A stretch of 63,323 bases of DNA, counting the filler, from Craspedostauros australis (taxonomy: Eukaryota): NCBI GenBank assembly GCA_030167865.1. It is 14 parts of 14 records of this genome, joined end to end, with 100 filler letters (N's around TTAATTAATTAA, not from the genome) between each part and the next. Parts side by side here need not be neighbours in the genome. Positions count along the whole stretch, not along the records: positions 36,270 to 37,398 come from JALAGF010002296.1; positions 37,499 to 39,094 come from JALAGF010002297.1; positions 39,195 to 41,265 come from JALAGF010002298.1; positions 41,366 to 43,514 come from JALAGF010002299.1; positions 43,615 to 51,931 come from JALAGF010002300.1; 9 more parts are not named here. One strand, written 5' to 3'. Under the pieces are notes generated by a model that searched no databases, was not told the DNA's origin, and saw only the letters and a program-made list of their open reading frames with translations. The first letter of the stretch is position 1. Every line of letters starts with the position of its first letter. This document shows positions 36,270-49,563 of this stretch, one piece after another. Made by a program: the position numbers and the translations under genes.

Positions 36270-37398
36270 CAAGAACAGAGGAGAAGAGATGGTGTTCATC
36301 GGATATGCACACCAACACGCATCAGGAGTCTACAACATGTACAGACCATCGACAAAGTCACTCATCTGTTCACGGGACATCAAGTGGCTCAACCAATCAT
36401 ACGGACAGTTCCGTGGCTGGGCACCAGCACCGAACATATCCAATGAAATAGGAATAACGGACGCAGACGGCTTCACAACCATCGGACGGAAGGGAGCAAC
36501 GCCAAGGACGGCAACGCGTCAAACATCGGAAGCGAAGAGAGTATCTTTCGCTGATAGCAACAGATACTACATCCTATCAGACAGCGATGATGAGGATAAT
36601 GAGGACGACGGAGTAGTGACTCAACTAGTCCAGAATGACGAGGAAGATCGGAGCGAATCCAATCATGAGGATGACGAAATCCTACCCTCCGGCGACGAAG
36701 CCGATAACGAGACAGGTGTCACCCCTCCGAATACACCAGCGAGGTCTACATATGACACACCATCCAGACCTCCACCAAGCAAACCAAACAAACGTGACAT
36801 AGCTAGAAAGGAGAGGATCCGACGTCACGAAGCACGAGGCAGGAAGGGAGAAGCTAATCCCAAGTCAACTGCAGGGAAGAGNNNNNNNNNNNNNNNNNNN
36901 NNNNNNNNNNNNNNNNNNNNNNNNNNNNNNNNNNNNNNNNNNNNNNNNNNNNNNNNNNNNNNNNNNNNNNNNAGTGACGAACTCAGCGACGAGATGATCG
37001 ACGACTCCAACAACGAAACTACAGATGATGAAGAAATCGAAGACGAAGATGAAGAGATCGAGATCACCCATCATAGCACAACAGGACTATACGGAATGAA
37101 TGCAATCATCACCGAATCACCAGCGATCGACATCGGATTGTCGATGCAGGACGAGAACAAGGAACCAGAGAAGCACATCGAACCTACAACGTTCGACGGA
37201 GCCTTCAATCACCCAGATCCTATCCATCGGAAGGGATATCGAGCAGCCATTAAGAAGGAGTTCGACTCCATGAATACACGCAAGGTGTATAGCAAGATCA
37301 AACGAGACGCCATCCCACGCGGCCGCAGATGCTGCAAGTGTAAATGGGTCTTCAAGCTGAAGCGTGACGGCACACATCGAGCGCGGCTCGTTGCATGT
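36270..37398 (+). mobile_element. Ty1/copia pol fragment (post-integrase SH3 region to start of RT)
   Basis: VFIGYA......YNMY.P......SRDIKW; EPTTF..A...AI.KEF.SM; CKWVFKLK.DG..RARLVAC. Confidence 0.92.
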
Positions 37399-37498
37399 NN
37401 NNNNNNNNNNNNNNNNNNNNNNNNNNNNNNNNNNNNNNNNNNTTAATTAATTAANNNNNNNNNNNNNNNNNNNNNNNNNNNNNNNNNNNNNNNNNNNN

Positions 37499-39094
37499 GC
37501 GTGGCAACAGCCGTTGCGTTGCGTCATCTAGTACCCAGAACGTCAGTTCGTCACCCTTGTGCTCGCATGGTCCAGCCCAGCGACCACGCCGTTCCTGCGT
37601 GGTGCCTGGGAAGGCAGCGTTCCCGACCTTGTAGTACACTGGCTCCCACCAGTGGAAGCTGAGGTACTTGCTGACATCAGGGCGCTGGCCTGTGGCGGCT
37701 TGGATGGGCGTGATGTGGCCAGCCGTGGACTGCGACAGATGGTTGAACAGTCCCACGACATACAGGGTGCAGATGAGCCAGAACCTGGCAGGAGTGCCAG
37801 TTCTGTCCATGACGCCGTTGGCGGTGCGCTTGATATCCTGGATTCGTCGCTCGACAGGATTCTGATGTTGGTGGTGTGGCTCGGACTGGTGGTCTGCGAT
37901 GCAGTACTGCCGGAGAATGTCCTTCATCTTGCCTCCGATCTGCGCCGTGGCGTTGTCGGACATCAACACGTCCATGGCACCATGCTCCCGAATGAAGTCT
38001 TGCACAACATGGGGAACATGGGATTCGCTTGCCAGAGGGTACNNNNNNNNNNNNNNNNNNNNNNNNNNNNNNNNNNNNNNNNNNNNNNNNNNNNNNNNNN
38101 NNNNNNNNNNNCCATCATGATGAGCAGGCGTGTCAGAGAACAACGTGTCCATGGAAACAACATCGTGTAGTCGACTGACATTGGCTGCGGGGAATCTAGA
38201 CTTATAGTGCTTACGCATGGGATAACGCTCAGACATGCGGTACCATTGGGTAGTACATGCAAGAGTGTCACGCACGCGGTCTGCTGGGATCCACCCGAAG
38301 TAGGGCCGTAGCGCATGGAAGTTGGGCGCTTTACCCACGATGTTGCGTGGCCCGGCCTTGACCGCCTTCTCCCCATCCCCGAGCGTTGCAGCGGATTGAG
38401 CGTACTGAACGCACTTGGAGATGGTGATGTCGATGTCGTCGTCTTCGCCGCGTTCGGTTGCGGGAATGTTGTCCAGATCAGCCTCCCCGTCCAGGACAGA
38501 TGGGTCCCATTCTTGGTCGGAGGTGAAGAACACGTGTGGCAGATCGTCTAGCTCCGTTTGAGTTGGCTTGTGCATATCCATGTATGCGAGGCCTTGACGC
38601 ACGGTGAGCGGGATGACGAATCCGTCCGGCGTGACGATGGTCTGCCGACCGCCAGGGAGACCCTTGGGTCTATCGTTGACATCCAATCCAAACGCCGCGA
38701 GTTGGTTGGCAGAATGGATGGTGCGTCCTCTCCCGTAGTTGGCGTATTGATGGAACCAACCGATCACCGGTCCTGAGGTGGTCTGGATGACAGCGGTGGC
38801 CGTGACCAGCGCCAGATCCTTGATCTCTGCGTCACCAATTCCAGAAACATCAGCTCGGTTGGACGTGGACTCCATCACCAGCATGTCATCCCCAACGAGA
38901 CCGCCGTTCGCACCTCCATCCACCAATGCGCCTTGCACAGTCACGTTCGCGTTGTTGAACTTGTACGATACGTTCGTGTGCGACAGGGTGTAGGTGCGAC
39001 CGTCAATGAAGAGGGTAGTCGGCGGGCTCCCGGACGCGCTAGACATGGCACTGGAAAGCATACGGTTGATTGCTGTTCCAGCGGTAGAACTAGA
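37499..39094 (-). mobile_element. Diatom CoDi-type copia polyprotein fragment (protease and integrase)
   Basis: ALVDGGANGG protease motif; integrase DTLFSD, SDNA, SEPHHQHQNPVERRIQ; downstream RGRWAG..EH.GD.LTFWVL. Confidence 0.9.
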
Positions 39095-40376
39095 NNNNNN
39101 NNNNNNNNNNNNNNNNNNNNNNNNNNNNNNNNNNNNNNTTAATTAATTAANNNNNNNNNNNNNNNNNNNNNNNNNNNNNNNNNNNNNNNNNNNNTGCTGT
39201 TGTCTCTCGCCAAGGGTGTTGGCGATTCTTCGTGAACGAAATTGTGAGGAGGGGAAGCGAAGATGATGTGTGTGACGATTCCAAACGTGTCTGTGGTGCC
39301 CAAACACGTCTCGAATGCCTGAAAGCATTCATGAATGAAAAGGGTGCTTGACAGATCACATCAGTGCTCACCGAGCAAGAGAGCAACGGCCACCAAACTT
39401 TAGGATTGTATATATAAACTATATGCTATGCTACAATAGAAATACGAGTACAGGAACACGCACAAGAGCTAAGTCCGGAGAGTTTAACTTTGGTTGATGC
39501 TGTTTTTGGCCTTTTTTTGTTCGGGACTTAAGTAGAAAATGTACTACATTCTACAGAGCAGTTTCTGTGATCCAAACATCGCCAAACATCGCCAATTTGT
39601 TTGGCTACAGCCGGCTCTTTGAGGCACTAGTTTTCTGAGTTGGGATGCTTGTCTGGACGAGCTTGGAGATGTCTTTCTCCGTTGGTGTTCTGTTGGTTGC
39701 ACACATCGTGGTACAATTGGTGGTAGATCGGTGAGTCTTGGGCGCCTTGGGTGGGAATGTGTGTTCTCTTGGTTGCGCTCTCTGGCACATCTTCCTGACT
39801 CGAACTGGCGCCGGAGAACGGCAACGGCACTTTGTGTGCGCCCGCATACCGCCCGGGTACAAACATGATGCATTGGCAGCGCGGACCCGAACCAATTGCC
39901 TGTTCGACACAGCCCGAAATGAGCTGCCGCACAAGGCGTAGAGGCATGATCCGTGGTCTTCGATGTGCTCTTGGTCGACCACACATCGCGAACTCGCGAT
40001 GCATTTCATGTTTGATCCGCTCCCGCCTTGTTGTCATCGTTGGTGGGCGAGCGTTTCATGAGCACCGCTATCTGTGCCATGCCTCGCTCAACAAATTCGC
40101 GACGATAACAGACGCCATCGGCGTAGCCACCGCAGCCAACCGCCAAACCACGAACACCTTTTTCAAGCACGGAGACACGGTCCCACGCCTTGCTCTTGGT
40201 TTCTGTCTCGCTCTGACCTCCTCGCTCTCTCGGTCCAAGTTGTGCATCAGAGCTGGGTGTCCTCATAAATCACAATCCAAACTTGCTGATCCAAATCAAG
40301 TCAAATCAAGTCAAATCACACCTCAAAACATCATCCATCAACAATCAGCCACCTGACGCAGTTTCCACTTCCGACG

Positions 40377-41265
40377 ATGGCAAGAGAAAAGGCAACAGCA
40401 GCCACCAAGGCAGAGGAAGGCAGGGCCAACTGTGGCAAGCCACCAAAAGGAGGCGGCATCAACGATGATGATGCTTGCGACGTGCTACAAAGCATCCCCA
40501 TTCTTGCTGGCAAGAAGAAGAAACGCCGTAATCTGCCCATCGCTTCCATTGCCATCATCGTCATCGCAGCAGCGCACGCACTGGGCCTGTTTGCTTTTGT
40601 GGGCTACGGAACATCTTCTGGTGCCCACGCTGACGACCATCAACGAAGCAACCCAAAGGATAACAGCGCCACCACTTCTGACTCTGGTGGCACCAGCACA
40701 GTAGATCCACCAACAGATGCACCAACAGAGAAACCTGCATCTCCTGTTGACGAACCTACGCCAAATGATGGCGATTGCTCCGGTGCCCCAGGCTGCGACA
40801 TCGAGCAGCCCGCACCGTCCGAACCAACTACATTTGGGGTGCAGCCCAAAGAGGTCGAGTATGAAGCTGATCCATACCTCAACCTCGATGTCCCCTTGCA
40901 AAGCTCTAGATTCGACATCTACGACAACATGGAAGACTTTAGGTCCGATCTTGACACCATGTGCAAGTTCCTAATTGGCAACAAAGCACAACACGAGCTT
41001 GGCAATCCCGACTTCTCGAGTGTCGGGCATTGGTCTGACTCTGGTCGTGCCCTTAATTTTGCCCAACTCCAAGGTGGGGATAGCAACGTTCTGAGCGAAT
41101 CTCACGCTGCAACTGGCGTAGAAGATTCAGATGATTCTTTCCACACAAACAATCAGGAAGATCATGTGGATGAAGGCGATGTCTCGAAGTCGGATGGCAA
41201 ATTCATCTACTCCTTGGTGGACGATGTCATCTTCGTTCTGCACGTTGAAACCAGTCAGGTGGTTG
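40377..41265 (+). CDS. Type II membrane protein entering a Beta_propel (PF09826-like) domain; 3' partial
   Basis: KKKKRR followed by a TM helix, a Pro/Thr/Asp stalk, then TNNQEDHVDEGDVSKSDGKFIY, matching the TN.Q..GVDE.D.VK.DG.YIY signature. Confidence 0.75.
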
Positions 41266-41365
41266 NNNNNNNNNNNNNNNNNNNNNNNNNNNNNNNNNNN
41301 NNNNNNNNNTTAATTAATTAANNNNNNNNNNNNNNNNNNNNNNNNNNNNNNNNNNNNNNNNNNNN

Positions 41366-43232
41366 GATCTAGGGCGGCAGCTCTATGCAATGGCTGACAG
41401 AACAGTTGGACCGGGTCAGGAAGTGGTCAATGGGTATGAATACAGAGGGAGTATCATCGTCCCGAGCTTGGGGCCGGGACAGGCACAATCTGAGGTGCCA
41501 AGCTTGGAGTTTCCCGATCTGATCGGCCAAGTGTCACAGACCAAATCTTGGGCGATCCAGGTTCATGATATCATGGGAGACGTACTCACATTCACAGAAG
41601 CAATGCAAGCTGGATTGCTCGTGGAGTGCAGTGGCGGATCGGTCACAGCCTGTAGAGGCGCAGCTGGCGCGGGCATACACGCCAAGCATGGTGACAAAAC
41701 AGCCAGGCTGTGCATAACCCACCACACACCGGCCACCAACAAAGTCATGCAATTGCACCAAGTGGAGCTGGCAAGCATTTACAGGTCCTTGTCATGCCAG
41801 AGGTGATATGCAAGGCATGCCAAGTCACCCACGGCAAAGCTGTGCCGGAGTGCGATGCCGTGGGTGCTCTTAAGGATCTCGGCCAAGATTGGCATTTATC
41901 CCCAGGGTCCGCAGATGCAGACCTGCAGAGAGCAGTCCAGAATCAAAGTCATGAGCTCCCGATTGAGGTGCAAGGGCGGCACATATAAGGGCACCAAGAC
42001 AGCGGCAGGGCGTGGGCAGAGCTAGACAACTGGGCCCACCTCAACGTGGAAGCAGATCGACTCGCAGGGGCGGTGCACACTTCCCTGTCAGAGGAGTGCA
42101 TTTACGGCTGCCATATCTGAGGGGAGCGAGCGTCATTCCACCGCCAATCCAAGCTGATGTCCATAGGATAGGACAATGTATCAGGGAGCAAGCCACTCGA
42201 TAGGTGATTGGTATTCTTCAGGCGCGAAAGGTGTTCAGCAGCAGCGACCACATACAGTGGGAAGCCATTGCAGGGGAGTTACAAGGTCCCAACCATTCCA
42301 AAAGGATTATATCATTCAAACTCATTGCAGGAGAGGCGGTGACAGGAAAATGCATGCAACCGTGGGGCCTGCGCAGCTCTGATATATGTCCCAGTTGTGG
42401 AGAACAGGAGAGCAGCGCGCACTCTTGGGAGTGCAAGGACCCTGCCAGGGTGAGAGCGGTGGCAAGGCCTGCGGCTGACACCCGCAACTGGATGAATTGA
42501 TATACAACCAGCCCAGGCGTCTCGCAAGCAATGGTTTCAGTTCTGTGCAGTCAGGTCAGCGGCACAGTCTTTCTGCAACCAACAGACATGGGACCAGGAA
42601 TGAGATCCGCAGTGAGCAGTCAGGCATCTGTGGGGTCCATGGCCCTGCGGAAGGGAATGCTATCCAAAGAATGGAGCATCTTGCAAGAAACATTCCTGAG
42701 TCAGCATGATGCCAAACGAACGGCCAACAAGTGGTCCACACGCTTAATTCAACGCATTTGGGAAATCGCATGGGAGCAGTGGCAGCTTTGGAATGAAAAA
42801 CTATTTCAACAAGAGGAATCGGCCGAAGCCAAAATGGAGCAGGCTCTAAGACAGCAAGCAGCTTCAGTCCGGCTTCACCTCAAAGACACCCATACCAACA
42901 GCAAGAGGATTGTCAGAACAGTTCCAGGAAGTGCAGCTCCGGTGCAACAAATTGCGGTCTAGTTGGAGCAAGCAGCGCGAATGCTCGCGGAGCTAGCCGC
43001 CTATGGCACACCGAGCCGATGGATATGGTAAAAGCAGCAGGTCCCAAGTGACAAGGGGAGCGTTTGATGGATTAAGGAGGGCCACAGGCCCAGCGTCAAT
43101 ATTCATATCAACTACGTACTATGGAGTCCGTGCTCCCTTTCCGCGTGGCGGGAAATTGAAAGGAGGAGGAGAAAAGTGCAGACGGCACAGATGTCAGAGA
43201 GGTAATCCAATCCTTGCGGTATTCATTAATTG
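41366..43232 (+). mobile_element. Degenerate LINE 3' region (RNase H and CCHC C-terminus) with frameshifts and stops
   Basis: HI.GHQD...LDNWAHLNVEADRLA (RNase H end), CPSCGEQESSAHSWEC, WSTRLIQRIWEIAWEQW; degenerate tail ATTC-ATTA-ATTG at 43221-43232. Confidence 0.82.
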
Positions 43233-43470
43233 ATGGATCTAGGACTCCACACTCTATGTATGTACTCTTTGGAGTGTGATTGGAGTGATATGGCTGGTTG
43301 GATCGCTCCAAACGGTCTGTGGAATGCACAGATATGAAGAAGAATGTACATTGTGATGCATGCCATGCAGTATCACACGATTCACAGATTTGGATACCAG
43401 TGTCTCTTCCAGACGGATCTAGATGTTTTTAAGCTGGTATTATACCCATTGGAATGCCCTCAATGCGCTG
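43233..43470. repeat. Diverged relative of the 192-bp repeat
   Basis: ATGGATCTAGGACTCCACACT...GGAGTGTGATTGGAGTGATA matches about 4405-4462; CCCATTGGAATGCC matches the repeat's CCCATTTGAATGCC. Confidence 0.65.
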
Positions 43471-43614
43471 ATCTTGTTATAATGTAGTATGTTTATCCTT
43501 TCCAATGAAGGTTTNNNNNNNNNNNNNNNNNNNNNNNNNNNNNNNNNNNNNNNNNNNNTTAATTAATTAANNNNNNNNNNNNNNNNNNNNNNNNNNNNNN
43601 NNNNNNNNNNNNNN

Positions 43615-43823
43615 TAACTGTGGAGTATATTCAAACCTGTGAGACATTGGTGCGCGATCTGGACCTAATGATCACATTCCTCAAGTGGGAGTATACTGAT
43701 TCGCACATGCAGATCAAGTGCGAAGAAGACCCCATGCACTGCGCTCATTTCGCGCTTCGCCGCAATTCAAAAATACGACAGGATAAATCTACACTCAGCA
43801 CCACCACCACAACAGCACCTGCC
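43615..43823 (+). mobile_element. Fragment of the same transposase family as 49564-51931
   Basis: FLKWEYTDSHMQIKCEEDPMHCAHFAL aligns with LVKWEYTPSHVHIQREDDHLHSAQFAL. Confidence 0.65.
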
Positions 43824-44632
43824 TGTCGAGATGTACATGTGAGTATATGTCGAGATGTACGTGTATATGTGCATCGTTCACCCGTTATTCTCTCATACGT
43901 ACTTGGACGGTACAACTACATTCGTGTCGATAGTATGCTGTGATTCGTCAGAATTACAGTGGAAATGGAACACACGAAAATGAGCAGAATTTCTGGAGGA
44001 AATTTGCAATCGACGATTTCTGAGAGAATTAGAAATATCGTCCGTCCATCCATCAATGGAGACGTATGGTACCAAGCGAATCTTGAGGTACCTCCCAACT
44101 AAACCTCAGATGACGATGTCATCTGACAGACCACTGCATCACCAATGGAACGTGACATCTGGAGAGCAGAAGGATGCCTACTGACGTTGACAGGATGTCA
44201 ACATGTCACCACGTCGACATCTGTCTCCAGGTCAGAGCAGGAGGCAAAGATCCAATGACCGAAGGGCATCAAGATCATGGATACAGGAGGTGAACTTCAA
44301 ATGGTAAGTACTCATGGAGTAAGAACCAGTAGTGAACGAACAGAGTGTCGAATGCGGAGTACGCATTGAACGTGAAGTATCGTGTAGCACGAGTACACGA
44401 TATTGAGAGAGAGAGAGAGAATACGAAGAGTAGCGAGAGAACATCTCGCACACCGACTCAAAGTCGGAGACTGAACCTACAAGACAGGACAAACGTGCCG
44501 AGAGTATCGGGCAAGAGAACAGGCGTACACCGAGAGGATCGGAGTAGCCAAGTAATGAAAAAGCAAACGAACGACTATCAACCAACACCATCTTCCACGA
44601 TCGTAGGCTTCCAATCACGGAACTTGCCAACA
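43824..44632 (-). mobile_element. LTR-like family B, full copy in reverse orientation
   Basis: TGTCGAGATG...CTTGCCAACA on the + strand, the reverse-complement homolog of 30258-31060. Confidence 0.85.
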
Positions 44633-46284
44633 GAGGTGACTTGCTCATCGTCTCCACCTGCAACCCGTCCTCTTGGAATGACATGTGCCTGCCGTTTCCG
44701 CTCTGCCCTTTCTCTGGCAGCCTGCTTTTGCAGTGCCACCCTCAGCTCTAGTTCGGCCACCCTCCCAACCTGGCATTCCAATTGTGCCTCCAACACCTCG
44801 GTCACCTGCGTTGTCACCGATTGATCATCTACAGACACCATTCCCAGTGCCTGGACGGTGTGGAGACTCTGCATTGTTGTTGGCGATTGCAAGGGTCGTT
44901 GGATGCGGCTGGCCATTGGGGTCACGGGTTGGATCGTCTGTGGCCATAACGATGCCTTGCGGATGTTGCTGGTAGATGGTGAGTTGGTGGAATTGTTGTT
45001 GTTGTTGTTGTCATTGTGGAAGGGGATTGTGTGTGCCTGTGATGAAACCATGTGAGACTTGGCTCCCTTTGCGATGTCATTGCTTTGGCCTGAGCTGAAA
45101 CCAAGTGAATGCATTTTTGAAAATCTGCATGTCATGCCCACAGTGGTTGTCTTCTCCTTCAGCCTTGTTGACAAAATGAGCACTTTGCATGGTGCCCCAG
45201 TGTTGTCTGACATCACATGATTGAGCCAGACAACGCCCCCAAGTGTGCCGCAAGCGGATGGGCAGAACATGGTGTCAATTGCAAAGGGCATTGGCACGAG
45301 CATTTCGCACTCGTGCCCATTCAAACAACTGGCCTTCTGCATTTGTCGGTCATGTGCTTGCGCCTTCTGTGTTGCATCCACCAACTCCCTTGCCTGCAGC
45401 TTGCATATCACCTTTGTGACACCCCCTTCTGCTCCAATTACCACTGGAGGCTGATACTTCAGTACCACAAATGAACGAGGCACGCTGTCCACATCACAAT
45501 ATTGAATCGTGAGCTGGGTGTCTTCTTGTATGGTCCCTGCTAGCATGTAGAAGTTGATGCTGATCATCCTGAATGCCTCTCCCTTCGGTCTCCACATTTG
45601 CGTTGTGTAGAAGACGTCCACATGTTTTGCAAGGGAACAGAAGTTGGAGACGCGAGCGTTTTCGGACATTCCAAAGAAATGCCCATACCTTGCTGTGAGT
45701 GGATCATACAGTGGTGGGCATGACATGCCCACAACTGCAATGTCATCATCGAAATCCATGTCCGCACCAACCACTGACGAAATCTCTGCTCCAAAGTCAC
45801 TGATGACCCAATCATTGTTGAGGCAGGTGTCATTTTGTGTGGACGTGTCAGCTTCGGATGCCATTTTGGAGGTTTGGCTGGGATCTGACTCCCCATGGTG
45901 GCTGTTGTCTGTGTTGGTTGCAATGTTGCATGGTAATTCAGGCATTGTGGAAGCTTTGGTTGTTGCTGTGTTGGCCTTGGCAGGAGGGGACTTCGAAGGC
46001 TTGGTGTTGTCAAAGCCATCAGGCTCATCAATTGGGCGAAGGTGCATGCCCAGATTGCCGGACGCGTCCGGATTGAAGCCACCATTTGCTGGCACACTCA
46101 GAAACAAAAGCACAAAAACAATGAAGAGATGGAGTTCCTGGTGAGTGTTGATGTCATGGCAAGTAGTGCATGAACACAAGCTGCAGAATGACAATTGCAA
46201 CAAGGTTATCACCAGCATCCCAAACGAAGCTGCCCATCCAGTGGAATGATTCACTCTTTTGTTGCATTGGCAACGACTTACCAA
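44633..46284 (-). CDS. Hypothetical ORF, possibly TE-associated, cut at its 3' end by the family B element
   Basis: About 550 open codons, CpG-poor, no domain recognised, start uncertain. Confidence 0.4.
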
Positions 46285-47137
46285 AGAAGATCTTGTTCTT
46301 GACCAGCGTTTTCTTGAGTGTCACGTACCCTTTGACGAAGTTCTTTTCTGGGTACTTGTGTTGGAAATCCGGGGTATAGATACTGTAGTTTAACCTTTAT
46401 ACACCTTCATTTCTCAATTCCTCAAGTCGTTTGCCCATGATGATGCTGGTTGCGCCCTGAAGTTGCTCCTGCAATCATCATAGCACACCCTCTCCATCAT
46501 TCACATCTCATTGCTCATGAAAGGTTCATTTCATCATGTTCAATCATAGAGGTTTCCTCCTACACTCCTGCAGTGCATGCATGCCGATGCTGAGTTTCAC
46601 TCTCTTCCGATCAGGCATCCATCACTCATCCAGTGCACTCTTTCATGTTGTTCACTCACTCTTCTCACATGTTCACTGTTGGTCACATTTGGTTCAGAAC
46701 ATAGAGTTCTGGCACGATCAGTCCAGTCCTTCGATACTGTTCCAGTCCGCGCTTTGTTCTCCTTCGGCGGTTCTCTGTTAGTCACGTAATCATGGTCTGA
46801 GTTTTGATTGATACAACAGTGATGGCATTTTCGCATGATGGCATTTTCGCATAGGTGTTTCGGTTCGACTGGTCAACCCTCGTGATTGGAACACTTCGGT
46901 GTTCCAGTCTCCCTTTCGCATCCACTGTTCGCCATGTTAGTTTGCCAATCATCTCAAAACATGTCACATCATTAGTCTGTCCTTTGTCCGTCATACTCTT
47001 GACACACAGAGGGCGAAGGTCCACAATCGACTTGGGAGTGTGTCCGACTTTGGTAGATCGGTCAGTCTATTTTTGGTATTATGGGAGGTGTGGCAATCTA
47101 GGATAACACGACATTGTCGTACCCTCGATTCCTGACA

Positions 47138-47443
47138 AGCAACAGTGGGCAGCAACAGTGGGCAGCAACAGTGGGCAGCAACAGTGGGCAGCAACAGTGG
47201 GCAGCAACAGTGGGCAGCAACAGTGGGCAGCAACAGTGGGCAGCAACAGTGGGCAGCAACAGTGGGCAGCAACAGTGGGCAGCAACAGTGGGCAGCAACA
47301 GTGGGCAGCAACAGTGGGCAGCAACAGTGGGCAGCAACANNNNNNNNNNNNNNNNNNNNGCAACAGTGGGCAGCAACAGTGGGCAGCAACAGTGGGCAGC
47401 AACAGTGGGCAGCAACAGTGGGCAGCAACAGTGGGCAGCAACA
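47138..47443. repeat. 13-bp minisatellite (AGCAACAGTGGGC)n with an internal N gap
   Basis: More than 20 perfect units visible. Confidence 0.97.
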
Positions 47444-48080
47444 CAGTAGGAGCATGAGCAGCAGAAGATGCAGTGGTGGATGCAGCAACAGCACCACAAC
47501 CCAGCCGCAGTAACACCAGCGGCAGACAGCAACACCAGATGTGGTGGCAATGCAACAAACAATGATGCCAGCAGCGCCGCAGCCAAGCTGAAGCAGCAAC
47601 TAGAGCACCATACCACAGCAAATACAGAAATATAGACATTGGATACTCTTTATTGAATTCAGTCCTCTCAGATCTCTAGTTCAGTTTTGTATGGTAGGCC
47701 TGCACTGTCTGCGAGGATGTCTTTGATGTTCGTTTTCGTTTCTTGGGTTGTCCTTGTTCTGGTTGTGGTACGATCGATGCAGTTTCCTTTTCTTCTCGAG
47801 TTCGACTGCAAGTGCGAACAGTTGATTTGGACTTTGGTGGTAACGGTTTTCTCTTTGTGGTTGGTTTGGTTGGTGGCGATGATGGTGGTGGTTTCAGTGC
47901 ACTTGTTAGCCGGAGTTTCACCGTTGATTTTCGCGGCGGTGTCGCGTTGGCCGTTGGTATGGTTGTTGATGTGAGTGCTGGTGGGGGTTTGAATCCGGCG
48001 GTTGTCGCCATTTTCTCCCTTGGTCTTGTTCTGTTGAAATTGGCCTGCAGCCACTCATCTGTTGTCTGAAAGCGAAGCAA

Positions 48081-49130
48081 TCAATCATGCTCGACCAATT
48101 CTTGCACCACTGTTTCCTGTCCCTCAGCCCCTGTGGCCTGCTTACGAGTGGATGGGTCATTCAGCTTGTAGCAGTCATCAAGCAATGCTTTCACACCCAA
48201 CACCAGACCTGCTTTCCTTGTGGATTTGGTGACTGCCCATCCAGCGCACATCTTTGGTGGCGTCGAGGCTGTTCTGGTAGCATTTCCTGGGCGTGTCCAC
48301 AATACATGACTCTCCGCACCGCTCATGTTGACAGCTGCACAGAACACATTTGGGTTGTTGTGCATCTCTCCATCTGATTGCTCCTTGGCAACATTAGCCA
48401 GGCTCTTTGCCTTGCGCCGCTGTGTTAGTGACTTGGTTGTGAGAGCAGGCCCATCCGACTCCTCACCAACCTTGCAGTTGACCATCAGTTCTTGCCCAAC
48501 AAATCGAACCAAATAGTCCCAGCTGATGATCTCAGGGTCAGTAAGATTCGAAGATGAATACACCTCCACACGACCATCGAACCATTTGAAGTGATGGGTG
48601 GCTCTGACTCCGACCTTCTGTGTCCTGAACTTGATGTCATTGATGCCGTTGGATACAATCAACCCTTTCAATTCCGATGCATCCACAAACACAGCCGTGG
48701 TTCCTGCAATCTCCGCAAAGTTCATTGCCTCGAAGATGCCCAATTCTGTGGTGATCTGGTTCCCTTCCTTGATGTATGCATTCAGCACATGGGCGATGAA
48801 GCTGAAGTGAGTGTCCAGCCGACTCTACCCTATCTGTGCTTCGGTGTACACCCATTCCCTGATCTTGGGAAGATTCTTATTGTCTGCATGGGCATTCCAG
48901 CCAAAGATGAATGTGATCAATTGCTGGCTTGCGAAGCAACTAGCATTGTCACTTTGCACCATGATATCCTTCACATTAGGGTATTGTGCAACATTAGGGT
49001 ATTGGGCATGAATCTGCTCCATCAGGAACGACAAGACATGTCAGGAATCGAGCGTGTGACTATGTTGCGATACTCGTAGATTGCCGCACCACCCAATACT
49101 ATCATGAGGCCGAATATAATCAACTCATGG
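48081..49130 (-). pseudogene. Degenerate Sola3-like transposase (catalytic C-terminal half)
   Basis: VQSDNASCF, YTEAQIG*SRLDTHFSF with an in-frame TAG at 48825-48827, later GWA motif. Confidence 0.65.
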
Positions 49131-49563
49131 TGATCACACTTGGACAACCTTGTCCCTGTCATGAAGCCTGTCCCTATCATGAAGCCTGTCGCTACCAGCT
49201 TTTCCATTCTGTTCAGCTCTTGCTTCTCTCTGTCTGTGAAGAACAGTGTGACTGGGACACCCTTGAAAGAGTGTCTCAATCGCTTGCGATCTATTGGCAC
49301 GATCGATTTGTTCCTTTTTGTGATGTTCCAATCCATACTTCGTCCTCCTTCATTATCCATTCACATACAGCCTCATGTTCTGGGTTGTGAAGGATAAAAC
49401 AGGAATGGCGCATGTGCATACATGTTGGCACACCAGTCAACAGCCATGCTCAGAACACTTCATCATTCCAGTCTTTCTTCATTGCTCATAGTTCACCATG
49501 TCTGTGTCTCATCCATCCGCCTTGTGAAATGCAGGGAGGACAGGCTGCAAGAGAATCAGAAGT

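Noticed and set aside
40006..40266. Faint resemblance to the end of an HSF DNA-binding domain
   Set aside because: Core HSF motifs are absent and the ORF is short.
46991..47639. Cys-rich and Gln-rich ORFs (LLPTVAAHCCCP, GSNSGQQQWAATV)
   Set aside because: Translations of a stop-free 13-bp minisatellite, open in all frames.
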